Origin: Candidatus Micrarchaeota archaeon
GTDB taxonomy: Archaea > B1Sed10-29 > JAJSAI01
DNA length: 14,107 nt
Assembly: GCA_964625085.1 (NCBI GenBank)
Contig: CAZVAJ010000002.1
Span: 3,607 to 17,713, forward strand
Direction of reading: 5' to 3'
The notes beneath the pieces are model-generated. The model worked only from the letters and a program-made list of their open reading frames with translations, searched no databases and had not been told where the DNA came from. Made by a program: the position numbers and the translations under genes. Numbering within the stretch: the first letter of the stretch is position 1; each line of letters opens with the position of its first letter. Of this stretch, positions 7,191-14,107 are shown piece by piece.

Positions 7191-7748
7191 TCACATGATC
7201 TTCCATTTTCCGTAATCTTCAGCCAGTTTTCTGTTTTCTTTGTGCCCGCAGTTCGGGCAGATGAGCATCCTGCCTTTCTTCACAAGCAGGGTCCTGCATC
7301 TTGTGCAGTATGCTTTTATCACACCAAGATTTCTTTCATCCATCCTAAGCCGCACGGAGTAAGGGGTCACGCTTTCTATCTTCACTCGTACTATATCCCC
7401 TACCCTTATCTTATCCCGTAGATCTTCAACGTACTGGCGGGAAACTGCAGCAACGGGAAGTATTCCAGGCACTCCCCGTGGAACTAGTGAAAACGATCTG
7501 GAGTTCACTGTCGCAAGATCTATCATGGCCATCTGATCTTGTACTCTAACAACCTGGCCTATTGCGATAGTTCCCCGTGACTGAAGTTTAGGCACCCGTG
7601 TTCTTGCTTTCACTCTTGCCATGTGCTCCTTTGAGTCTAGTAGCAGGTCGCCCACAACTTCAGAGTACAATGCGTCATCCTCATAGACCCCATAGCCTGG
7701 AATGTACTCTTCACTTTCTGCAACGTATTCTCCTGGAAGTACCAGCAT
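7191..7748 (-). CDS. csl4: Exosome complex RNA-binding subunit Csl4 (S1 domain plus C-terminal zinc ribbon)
   Basis: An S1-like fold (IAIGQVVRVQDQMAMIDL..., VGDIVRVKIESV) is followed by a Cys4 zinc ribbon (CTRCRTLL...CPNCG), as in archaeal Csl4. The preferred start is the ATG at 7748, preceded 8 nt upstream by AAGGAG (minus strand; 7757-7762 on +). The tool ORF begins at the GTG at 7757. Confidence 0.9.
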   Translation of the reverse strand: MLVLPGEYVAESEEYIPGYGVYEDDALYSEVVGDLLLDSKEHMARVKARTRVPKLQSRGTIAIGQVVRVQDQMAMIDLATVNSRSFSLVPRGVPGILPVAAVSRQYVEDLRDKIRVGDIVRVKIESVTPYSVRLRMDERNLGVIKAYCTRCRTLLVKKGRMLICPNCGHKENRKLAEDYGKWKIM

Positions 7749-7816
7749 TAATTCCACTCCTTAGGAAACTATTCCTTGCAAATGGTTTATATTCTTTGCT
7801 TGTATTTAAACGTTTG
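7749..7816. promoter_or_regulatory. Divergent promoter region between csl4 (-) and the DUF95-like gene (+)
   Basis: 'tatttaaa' at 7804-7810 on the + strand is a TATA-like box for the downstream + gene. On the minus strand, 'aatataaacc' sits about 40-47 nt upstream of the csl4 ATG, followed by the AAGGAG ribosome-binding site. Confidence 0.4.
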
Positions 7817-8644
7817 ATGATTGAATCGCTGCTTAATCCAAAGATTGTGATAAAAAGACCTTACAAGAGCATGATAGCGGGAATTGTGTTCTCCTTGGTT
7901 GCGGGAATTATATCCCTGTATATACAAGAGCCAGGCCCAGGATCCGGGTTTTTGTTCGTGTCGTTCATTTCTATAGCCGCAGCTCCTTTCTTTGTTAACG
8001 TGCTTAGGATAGAAGAGGAAGAAGAAAAAGAGGAGAAAGGTAATTTTTTCACCAGGCACCTTGACATAATGATTATCTACGCATGGCTCTTTTTGGGCAT
8101 AGTCATAGGGTCAAGTATATTTTACATTCTGTTACCAGAAGGAACTGCATCAAGTTTGTTTAATGAACAGGTTAAAGATCTTACGGCAAAAGGGGTGCTT
8201 TCTGGTGCGGCAGTCCACAATGCATCCTTTGAGTTCATTTTCGTGAATAACCTGTATGTTCTTCTGATCGCTTTTGTCACATCTTTCATGCTCGGGGCCG
8301 GAGCCATCTTTTTAGTATCCTGGAATGCAAGTGTTCTCGGAGTGCTTACCGGAAAGATTGCAAGAAACCCAGAAGCATTCGGACTGCCTGGACTAGGCGT
8401 CTTATGGGGCAATTACCTTCTCGCTTTACCCTGGCTGATTGTAACGATACTTCCGCATGGGATCCTTGAGTTTGGAGCTTATTTTCTTGGAGCAGTAGCA
8501 GGAGGTATACTCTCTGCGGCAATAGTTAGAGAAAGTGTCAAGGGACTTGTGAAATACAAAAGGATCATCCTGGACTCCTTAGGCTATCTTGGGATCAGTG
8601 TTCTCATGCTACTGGCAGGAGCGATCGTAGAAGTATTAGTTTAA
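7817..8644 (+). CDS. DUF95/SpoIIM-like integral membrane protein
   Basis: This is a polytopic membrane protein with about 6 TM helices and a central Gly-rich amphipathic stretch (FMLGAGAIFLVSWNASVLGVL) reminiscent of stage II sporulation protein M-like (DUF95) archaeal proteins. The tool ORF starting at 7598 overlaps csl4 and is not credible. In-frame ATGs lie at 7817 and 7871, and 7871 fits the TATA at 7804-7810 better. An acidic insert (EEEEEKEEKG) sits in a loop. Confidence 0.5.
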   Translation: MIESLLNPKIVIKRPYKSMIAGIVFSLVAGIISLYIQEPGPGSGFLFVSFISIAAAPFFVNVLRIEEEEEKEEKGNFFTRHLDIMIIYAWLFLGIVIGSSIFYILLPEGTASSLFNEQVKDLTAKGVLSGAAVHNASFEFIFVNNLYVLLIAFVTSFMLGAGAIFLVSWNASVLGVLTGKIARNPEAFGLPGLGVLWGNYLLALPWLIVTILPHGILEFGAYFLGAVAGGILSAAIVRESVKGLVKYKRIILDSLGYLGISVLMLLAGAIVEVLV

Positions 8645-8665
8645 AGTGAGACACAGTCGATTGTA

Positions 8666-9631
8666 TTAATCCTTTATTCCAAGCTCTTTTTTCAGCTCTT
8701 CAATTGCGTCCTTCTTTTTCTTTCCTTCTGCAATAAGATCCTCATACCTGTCCCTTATTTTTTCCTGAGCTTTTGAGTAGTTCATTCCAAGCTTGCTCGC
8801 AAACCCTTCAGCAAGCCTACTTAGCTCAAGCGGGAATATTATTTTGTTAGACCGCCCGTCAGCAATTTTCTGCAGAGACTGTAGGTACAGGTATTGTAAA
8901 GCAGGGTCTGAAAGCTTGCCTGCAGCTTCTCTGACCGCATCTATTTCCATTTTACTTGCTTCTGCCCTCTCTTTTGTGGCAAGTTTCTGCTCTTCTGCAG
9001 CCTTCTTTTCGTGCATTGCTTTTACCACAATGTCAGGCAAGTCAACTGATTGTATCTCCACCTGCTGCACTGCAACGCCCCACTCATCATCAACTTCCTT
9101 AATTCCTTCAGAAAGCCGCTTGTTTATCTCGTTTATGTTAGAGAGAACTTCTGCCATCGTCATTCTTCCAATAACATCCCTAAGATGAGCTTGAATATAC
9201 GAAACTGCTGAATGTTCATAGTCTTTCACGTTAACTATTGCCTTTACAGGATCTTCTACCTTCAGGTAGAGGATTGCATCAACAGTAAGCTCTATGTTGT
9301 CTTTAGTGACCACCTTCTGTGGTTTTATGTCAACGGTACGGATACGCAGGTCCACTGTAGTACAGGTTTCTATAAAGGGGATAAGAAAATGCCAACCTGG
9401 GCCTATCATCCTCTCATACTTGCCCATCCTGAACACAACCCCCCTTTCAAACTCCTTCAATTGCACAACAAAGGTTGGAGAAAACCAGTACACTACAGCC
9501 AGTACTGCGATCACGGCTCCGAGCACAAGAATCTGTTGCACCTGGTTTAGTAATAAAACTGAAAGCACTGCCACTACAAGCACAGCAATAAACAGCATGA
9601 ATATAGCAACTTGTTTTTGATCCTCGTTCAT
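8666..9631 (-). CDS. SPFH/band-7 family protein (stomatin/prohibitin-like), membrane anchored
   Basis: An N-terminal hydrophobic anchor (two TM segments) is followed by a typical SPFH domain (VDLRIRTVDIKPQKVVTKDNIELTVDAILYLKV...DPALQYLYLQSLQKIADG...KIIFP) and a Lys/Glu-rich coiled-coil tail. Confidence 0.9.
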   Translation of the reverse strand: MNEDQKQVAIFMLFIAVLVVAVLSVLLLNQVQQILVLGAVIAVLAVVYWFSPTFVVQLKEFERGVVFRMGKYERMIGPGWHFLIPFIETCTTVDLRIRTVDIKPQKVVTKDNIELTVDAILYLKVEDPVKAIVNVKDYEHSAVSYIQAHLRDVIGRMTMAEVLSNINEINKRLSEGIKEVDDEWGVAVQQVEIQSVDLPDIVVKAMHEKKAAEEQKLATKERAEASKMEIDAVREAAGKLSDPALQYLYLQSLQKIADGRSNKIIFPLELSRLAEGFASKLGMNYSKAQEKIRDRYEDLIAEGKKKKDAIEELKKELGIKD

Positions 9632-9706
9632 GATTAGATAAGCGGGAAGAGATTATTAAAGGGTTTCGGTAGATAAATATTATTAAAAACAAGTGTGTCC
9701 TGTAGG
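9632..9706. promoter_or_regulatory. Divergent promoter region between the SPFH gene (-) and the DUF373-like gene (+)
   Basis: 'aaatattattaaaaa' at 9675-9689 is a TATA-like box about 25 nt upstream of the + ATG at 9707. On the minus strand, 'ctttaataatc' lies about 20-30 nt upstream of the SPFH ATG at 9631. Confidence 0.4.
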
Positions 9707-10924
9707 ATGTTGGTTGCCATGAAGTTTGTAGTCCTCTGCGTTGACAGGGATGATGACATAGGGAAGAAGACCGGGATAAAGGGACCTATAATCGGAGAAA
9801 AGGACAATGTAGAAACGGGTAAAAAACTTTTGCTGGCCGACCCTGAAGATTCTGATGGAAATGCAGTGTTTGCTGCAGTGCAGTTTGCCAAGAAGGAAAA
9901 AGATGCTGTAGGAGTAGCCACGATCACTGGAGACAAGTCCCGAGGATACAAAGCAGATAAAAAGATCTCAAAGCAAGTTGAAAAGGTGTTGGAGAAGTTC
10001 CCTGAAGCAGAGGGAGTGTTCCTCGTGACTGATGGCGCTGATGATGACCAGATTATTCCTGTTGTTCAGTCAATTACACGAATTATCGGAAAGAAAACAG
10101 TCATCGTGAAACAGGCGGCCCAGCTTGAAAAGCAATACTATGTAATAAAGCAGGCCCTGCATGACCCTGCTTTCGCAAGATTGTTGTTTGGGCTTCCTGG
10201 AGTCATTCTCTTGCTAGTTGCATTTTTGCAAGACCTTGGGATACAGATAACTGTCCTTGCAATAGGAGTATATTTGATCCTTAAAGGTTTTGGAATAGAA
10301 GAACCTCTGCTGAACTCAGTGAGGGGCTTTAAGGAAACGACAAGAATTGACAGAGCTTCGTTTCCATTGTACATCGGCTCCTTGCTTATACTCTTGCTGG
10401 GGCTGATTGCCGGATTTGAAAATATTAGTAGTCAAAGTATCTTTGTTCAAGTAGCCCAGTTTATGCAAGGCAGTTTGTCCTTCTTCTGGGTTTCTGCCGT
10501 GCTATTCACGCTAGGCAGGTTCGGAGACATGTTTTACTTGAAAGAAATGAGCGCAACACGGGGATACGCAATATACCTTATCAGCATCACGTCCCTGTTG
10601 TTCGTTCTAAACAAGTCTGCAACACTCATTCTCGGGTACACTGGATTTTATGAACTTATTCTCGCAGTGCTCATCGCGTTCTTCGCAACAATAATCGGCA
10701 TTGCTGCAGTGCGGAAGATATACCTTGAAAAGTATATCGTCCCTTTCATAGAAAAGGGCAAAGACGTGTATGATACAAAGGGAAATAAAGTAGGGAAAGT
10801 CTCTGCTGTGCATAAAAAAGAAAAGTTCTTGAAGATAAAGGCAAGATCCAAAACAGTCACAGTTCCTTTCCTTAGGGTTGTGCTTGCCACACCTGAGTAT
10901 ATCTCAGTAAGGATGGAATCATGA
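9707..10924 (+). CDS. DUF373-like archaeal membrane protein: an N-terminal ~150-aa cytoplasmic domain, ~6-7 TM helices, and a C-terminal PRC-barrel-like domain
   Basis: The N-terminus M(LVAM)KFVVLCVDRDDDIGKK matches my recollection of the DUF373 family. It contains a second acidic motif, FLVTDGADDD. Residues from about 160 to 340 are hydrophobic. The C-terminal ~70 aa (VYDTKGNKVGKVSAVHK...VPFLRVVLATPEYISV) resembles a PRC-barrel. Candidate starts are the GTG at 9695 and the ATGs at 9707 and 9719. Confidence 0.5.
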   Translation: MLVAMKFVVLCVDRDDDIGKKTGIKGPIIGEKDNVETGKKLLLADPEDSDGNAVFAAVQFAKKEKDAVGVATITGDKSRGYKADKKISKQVEKVLEKFPEAEGVFLVTDGADDDQIIPVVQSITRIIGKKTVIVKQAAQLEKQYYVIKQALHDPAFARLLFGLPGVILLLVAFLQDLGIQITVLAIGVYLILKGFGIEEPLLNSVRGFKETTRIDRASFPLYIGSLLILLLGLIAGFENISSQSIFVQVAQFMQGSLSFFWVSAVLFTLGRFGDMFYLKEMSATRGYAIYLISITSLLFVLNKSATLILGYTGFYELILAVLIAFFATIIGIAAVRKIYLEKYIVPFIEKGKDVYDTKGNKVGKVSAVHKKEKFLKIKARSKTVTVPFLRVVLATPEYISVRMES

Positions 10925-10930
10925 TTCCTG

Positions 10931-12847
10931 TTACTTGATAAGTTTCTGAATCTTGCGTATTAAAAGAGTCTTTTTCTTGCTATCAGCCAGTATTAAGTCA
11001 AGCGCTTCATCTATTGTTTTCACTGCAACTATCCTGACCTTTTTAGCCTTTTCTTTTGGCAGTATCACATCCTCTTTATTAGCTTCAGGTATGACCACTG
11101 TTTTGATTCCTGCTTCAATGGCTGCTTCTATTTTTGAGCTCACCCCTCCTACTGGTAACACTTCCCCATTCACTGACAAAGAACCTGTGACCGCCACATC
11201 TTGTCTAACAGGTATCTTTTCAAGGGAGGATATAACCGCTGCTGCCACAGAAACAGATGCTGAATCCCCTTCTACTCCCTCGTAGGTCTGCAAGAACTGG
11301 ATGTGTATATCGTAGCCTTTCACACCTTTACCCCTGTATCCTTTTATTATTGCTGAAACATTCTGCACAGCTTCCTTTGCAATCTCCCCTAACTTTCCTG
11401 TTGCTATAAGTCTGCCTGCGCTTGCGGATAATGCAGGACTCACCCTCGCTTCAATAGGTAGGATCATACCTCCTGCTATGAGTCCAGGAGAACCAATCAC
11501 TGCAAGACCATTAACCTTTCCTACTGCAGTACCTTTAGTGGAAAAGACTTCGTACTCTTTTTTCAGGATTATCTGCTCGTCAGCAATCTGCTGTTCCATG
11601 GTCTTGGCCATGTTCTTTGCAGCCAGAACGTGCTTTCTTTCCACTAACTTGCTACCTACGGAAAGCGCAGTGTCCCCAGCTGCTCTGACCAGACCCCCAA
11701 GGTCCCGGAGGTGTAGGGTAAGGCTGTTTTTCTTTCCCGCTCTCCGTTTAGCCTCAAAGATTATTTCCTCAACCGCCTCCTTTGTAAAGTGAGGTATCTT
11801 TTTGTCCTTTTCCACTTCCTGTGCAACAAAACGCGCTATCCTCTCCCGATTTTCAGGAGTGTCTGGCATTTCTTTGTTCAGGTAAACTTCATACCCATAA
11901 CCCCTTATCCTTGACCTGAGCGCAGGATGCATTTTCTGCAGGTCAAAAACATTGCCTGAAGCCACCAGAACAAAATCGCAGGGCACTGGCTCTGTTCTTA
12001 CCATAGCACCACTGGACATTTCAGACTGGCCAGTTATAGAATACTTCTTCTCTTGCATTGCAGTCAGAAGCTCCTGCTGAGATTTTGGGCTGAGAGTAGC
12101 AACCTCGTCAACAAAAAGCACGCCCCTGTGGGCACGGTGGATAAAACCCGGCTCCACACGCAAATGAGGAGGAGTGCCAAGCCCTCCAGACTGGTAGGGA
12201 TCATGCCTAACATCACCTAACAGCGCCCCGGCCCTGGCCCCGGTCGCATCAACAAAGGGGGCCTTTTGTTTGCCCGCATTATCCACCAATAGTTTAGGCA
12301 CTAGTTTAGATTCTGAAGAAGGAAAACGCATCATGCTCATTCCCTGAGAAAGGGTTGATGCAAACATCATGACAAGAACGAACAATGCCCCCACAATTAT
12401 GAAAGCAGCAGTTATAACGTCTGAAAAAAGATGGAGGTATATAGCAAGTATAACAAATACTGAATAAAGGAGACTCATCAACATTACTCCCCCCATTCCT
12501 TGACCAGGAACAGGAACTGCTTGGAAACGTTTCTTCTTTTCCTCAGCAACCACCTTCCTCCCTTCGCCTGCTTTTACTGTAACAATCTTGGGGTTGTTTG
12601 GGTCGGTTTGATTCGGGTAAACTAAAATGTCTTCAAGACTCTCTGTAGGAAGCAGTTCAGACATTGCCTGAGCAAGAAGGGATTTTCCAGTACCCGGGTC
12701 TCCTATGAGCAGAACATTCCTCTTGTGGTCTGCGGCTTTTTTTATTATCTCCACTGCTTTTTCTTGTCCGATAACCTGGTCTATTATTTTTTGGGGAACA
12801 GAAATTTCTGCAGTTGTTTTAAAATCCAGAAGCTTTTTGTTAGGCAT
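10931..12847 (-). CDS. lonB: Archaeal membrane-bound ATP-dependent Lon protease LonB
   Basis: The AAA+ module has Walker A GDPGTGKS and Walker B LFVDEV. It is interrupted by a two-helix membrane insertion ([21 protein letters not shown]...[15 protein letters not shown]), which is diagnostic of archaeal LonB. The C-terminal protease domain has a GDSAS serine box and a K...AA..AG lysine box. Length is 638 aa. Confidence 0.95.
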   Translation of the reverse strand: MPNKKLLDFKTTAEISVPQKIIDQVIGQEKAVEIIKKAADHKRNVLLIGDPGTGKSLLAQAMSELLPTESLEDILVYPNQTDPNNPKIVTVKAGEGRKVVAEEKKKRFQAVPVPGQGMGGVMLMSLLYSVFVILAIYLHLFSDVITAAFIIVGALFVLVMMFASTLSQGMSMMRFPSSESKLVPKLLVDNAGKQKAPFVDATGARAGALLGDVRHDPYQSGGLGTPPHLRVEPGFIHRAHRGVLFVDEVATLSPKSQQELLTAMQEKKYSITGQSEMSSGAMVRTEPVPCDFVLVASGNVFDLQKMHPALRSRIRGYGYEVYLNKEMPDTPENRERIARFVAQEVEKDKKIPHFTKEAVEEIIFEAKRRAGKKNSLTLHLRDLGGLVRAAGDTALSVGSKLVERKHVLAAKNMAKTMEQQIADEQIILKKEYEVFSTKGTAVGKVNGLAVIGSPGLIAGGMILPIEARVSPALSASAGRLIATGKLGEIAKEAVQNVSAIIKGYRGKGVKGYDIHIQFLQTYEGVEGDSASVSVAAAVISSLEKIPVRQDVAVTGSLSVNGEVLPVGGVSSKIEAAIEAGIKTVVIPEANKEDVILPKEKAKKVRIVAVKTIDEALDLILADSKKKTLLIRKIQKLIK

Positions 12848-12904
12848 TGTTGCCTTTTATTCGCAGATACTAATTAAAGATTACGGTCCAGACAAAGCAA
12901 AGTA

Positions 12905-13834
12905 TCATGCTAATCCAAGCATCCTGCTCAGAAAAACAGCGTAGAATATTATGAGAAGAAGCCCTTCCCATCTTGTAATCTCCTTGTCTCGTGTTATAAT
13001 AAAGTACATGAAAGTGGCGATGAGCATCATTAGAAGCCCGGTAGATCGAAGGACGCCCGTGACAGGAAGGTTTGCGAAGAATCCTGGAACTCCCATCACA
13101 ACCAAGGAGTTAAAGATGTTGGAACCAAGAACATTACCAAGAGCGAGATCATATTTCTTTTTCCGCGCAGCCATGACCGAAACAACAAGCTCTGGGAGAG
13201 AGGTTCCAAGAGCAACAGCAGTAGCAGATATAATTCCAACTGCAAGACCAGAAAGATTAGATAGCTGAACAACCGACTCAACAGTATACTTTGCACTAAA
13301 GTACAAGAGAAGTGCACTCACCCCAAGAACAACAAGCGTGATCCTGCTAAAGTTACCGTCCTTGATAGTGGAGTGATTATTCATCTTGGTAGTACTTATG
13401 TATCCCGCGTAGACTGCGAACAAGAAAACTGAGAACAATGCTTCATAAAAAGTGAACACTCCATCCAGAGAAGTGATAACCAACAAAAATGCAGATCCAA
13501 AAAAGAGACACATGTCCACATGCATAAGGTTATATGAAGACTTTATTCTTTTTCTTATTACAGCGGTCAACCCAAGAACCAAAAAAACGTTCGTAATGTT
13601 CGAGCCGATAACATTGCCTGCAACAAGAGATCCTGCGCCCTGAAAAACAGAAAACAATGATGAAGCGAGTTCTGGAAGAGAAGTGCCAACTGCAATAACC
13701 GTTACCCCGAGTATAAAAGAAGGGATGCCTAAAAATTTTCCGAGAGCCTCTGCAGATTTCGTGAAGTATTCTGCTGAAATGATAAGAGTGAACAAGCTTG
13801 CAGCAAAGATCACAATCCACCACAACAACAGCAT
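12905..13834 (-). CDS. CaCA-family Na+/Ca2+ (cation/Ca2+) exchanger, YrbG/NCX_Mj-like
   Basis: Two internal alpha-repeats carry the signature GTSLPEL (GTSLPELASS and GTSLPELVVS) and paired G(N)V(I/L)GSNI(T/F)N motifs, in a ~310-aa 10-TM protein. The likely start is the ATG at 13834, preceded by a TATA-like ttttaaa about 27 nt upstream. The tool ORF extension to a TTG at 13963 overlaps the neighbouring divergent gene. Confidence 0.9.
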   Translation of the reverse strand: MLLLWWIVIFAASLFTLIISAEYFTKSAEALGKFLGIPSFILGVTVIAVGTSLPELASSLFSVFQGAGSLVAGNVIGSNITNVFLVLGLTAVIRKRIKSSYNLMHVDMCLFFGSAFLLVITSLDGVFTFYEALFSVFLFAVYAGYISTTKMNNHSTIKDGNFSRITLVVLGVSALLLYFSAKYTVESVVQLSNLSGLAVGIISATAVALGTSLPELVVSVMAARKKKYDLALGNVLGSNIFNSLVVMGVPGFFANLPVTGVLRSTGLLMMLIATFMYFIITRDKEITRWEGLLLIIFYAVFLSRMLGLA

Positions 13835-13923
13835 AAGGGAATAATCACATACTCTGTTTAAAAAGGAAACGTTTATAAACAAAAAGACTTTTTTAAACAC
13901 ACAAAGAAGTAAAGGAGATTTTA
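13835..13923. promoter_or_regulatory. Bidirectional promoter region containing the perfect 10-nt palindrome gtttataaac (13871-13880), a ttttttaaac box (13889-13900) and an AAAGGAG ribosome-binding site (13911-13917) 6 nt before the + ATG at 13924
   Basis: All elements read directly from the sequence. The geometry fits TATA boxes serving both the minus-strand exchanger (leaderless) and the + strand repeat protein (about 20-nt leader with an SD). Confidence 0.45.
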
Positions 13924-14107
13924 ATGGTCGTGAAAAAGAAAGTTGTGAAAAAGAAGACTGCAACTAAAAAAAGAACAACTAAGAAAAAGACCACAACAAA
14001 GAAAAAAACAACAAGCACCAAAAAGAAAACAACAACCAAAAAAAGAACAACCAAGAAAAAAACAACAAGCACCAAAAAGAAAACAACAACCAAAAAAAGA
14101 ACAACCA
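13924..14107 (+). CDS. Lys/Thr-rich tandem-repeat basic protein, partial (N-terminal 61 aa; runs off the window end). Possibly an intrinsically disordered nucleic-acid-binding protein.
   Basis: An ATG with a strong SD translates as MVVKKKVVKKKTATKKRTTKKKTTTKKKTTSTKKKTTTKKRTTKKKTTSTKKKTTTKKRTT..., with no stop before the window end. The ORF track does not list it because it is open-ended. The antisense poly-F/V/L ORF 13893..14093 is its mirror image and implausible as a protein. Confidence 0.5.
   Translation, partial: MVVKKKVVKKKTATKKRTTKKKTTTKKKTTSTKKKTTTKKRTTKKKTTSTKKKTTTKKRTT
14001..14107 (+). repeat. Perfect 54-nt direct tandem repeat (two copies, the second truncated by the window end) encoding KKKTTSTKKKTTTKKRTT, with degenerate 18-nt (KKKTTT-like) subrepeats upstream from 13930
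   Basis: 14001-14054 (gaaaaaaacaacaagcaccaaaaagaaaacaacaaccaaaaaaagaacaaccaa) is repeated exactly at 14055-14107. Confidence 0.8.

Noticed and set aside
7598-7816. Upstream extension of the DUF95-like ORF, and the alternative-start extensions of csl4 (GTG 7757), rpoL (GTG 7189), the DUF457-like hydrolase (TTG 4847), the CaCA exchanger (TTG 13963) and the DUF373-like gene (GTG 9695)
   Set aside because: The ORF track extends to the most upstream in-frame start codon, including GTG/TTG. These extensions overlap neighbouring genes or promoters, lack RBS or TATA support, and add non-conserved N-terminal sequence.
2650-12944. Other antisense ORFs inside well-supported genes: 2650..3195(-), 3199..3471(-), 3955..4315(-), 4503..4926(+), 5189..5628(+), 5725..5997(+), 6182..6529(+), 6742..7098(+), 7146..7421(+), 7787..8067(-), 8122..8412(-), 8793..9188(+), 9212..9620(+), 9447..9951(-), 10138..10374(-), 10607..10890(-), 10953..11285(+), 11478..11792(+), 12705..12944(+), 12951..13268(+), 13096..13317(-), 13452..13643(+), 13530..13823(-)
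   Set aside because: Each is embedded antisense or out of frame in a gene with strong motif support. They have low-complexity or Cys/Ser-rich composition and no start context, so they are treated as spurious.
13893-14093. Minus-strand ORF encoding a poly-Phe/Val/Leu peptide (MVVVFFLVLVVFF...)
   Set aside because: It is the mirror image of the A-rich Lys/Thr repeat gene on the + strand. It has 50+ consecutive hydrophobic residues and no promoter or RBS context. The + strand reading has an SD plus ATG and a divergent TATA.
1-14107. Looked for a CRISPR array, tRNA/rRNA genes, IS elements or integrase remnants, and toxin-antitoxin or defence-like gene pairs
   Set aside because: I saw no direct-repeat/spacer periodicity and no tRNA-like cloverleaf candidates in the few short intergenic spacers (all under 90 nt). 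No transposase or integrase-like ORFs were found. All sizeable ORFs are accounted for by housekeeping or membrane proteins.

Overview
This window reads as a densely coded archaeal (euryarchaeal, possibly methanogen-like) core-genome segment with almost no non-coding DNA. The organism call rests on the archaeal sliding clamp (PCNA), primase large subunit, RNA polymerase subunit L, the exosome cap subunit Csl4, a membrane-anchored LonB protease, a Sec11-type signal peptidase, AT-rich TATA-like boxes about 25-30 nt upstream of starts, and aaggag ribosome-binding sites. The genes I recognise are: a large secreted, sequon-rich surface protein with pectate-lyase-like beta-helix repeats (partial, minus strand, 1..1610); priL; a CPA2/Kef-type cation:proton antiporter with a C-terminal TrkA-N (RCK) domain; a membrane metal-dependent hydrolase (DUF457-like); PCNA; a tightly coupled minus-strand operon csl4-rpoL-DUF99(UPF0215)-Sec11 signal peptidase; a DUF95/SpoIIM-like membrane protein; an SPFH/band-7 (stomatin-like) protein; a DUF373-like polytopic membrane protein with a PRC-barrel-like C-terminus; LonB; a CaCA-family Na+/Ca2+ exchanger; and, running off the 3' end, a lysine/threonine-rich tandem-repeat basic protein. 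I found no rRNA or tRNA genes, no CRISPR array and no recognisable mobile element. The less ordinary items are: an internally duplicated N-terminal domain of about 140 aa in the surface protein; the (KKKTTT)n repeat protein with a perfect 54-nt tandem DNA repeat; a perfect 19-nt palindromic TATA-like element upstream of PCNA; convergent genes whose coding 3' ends overlap or nearly abut; a possibly non-canonical serine box in the signal peptidase; a degenerate glycine motif in the Kef RCK domain; and the clustering of SPFH, DUF373 and LonB membrane proteins. All family assignments are from motif recognition by eye; no database search was run.
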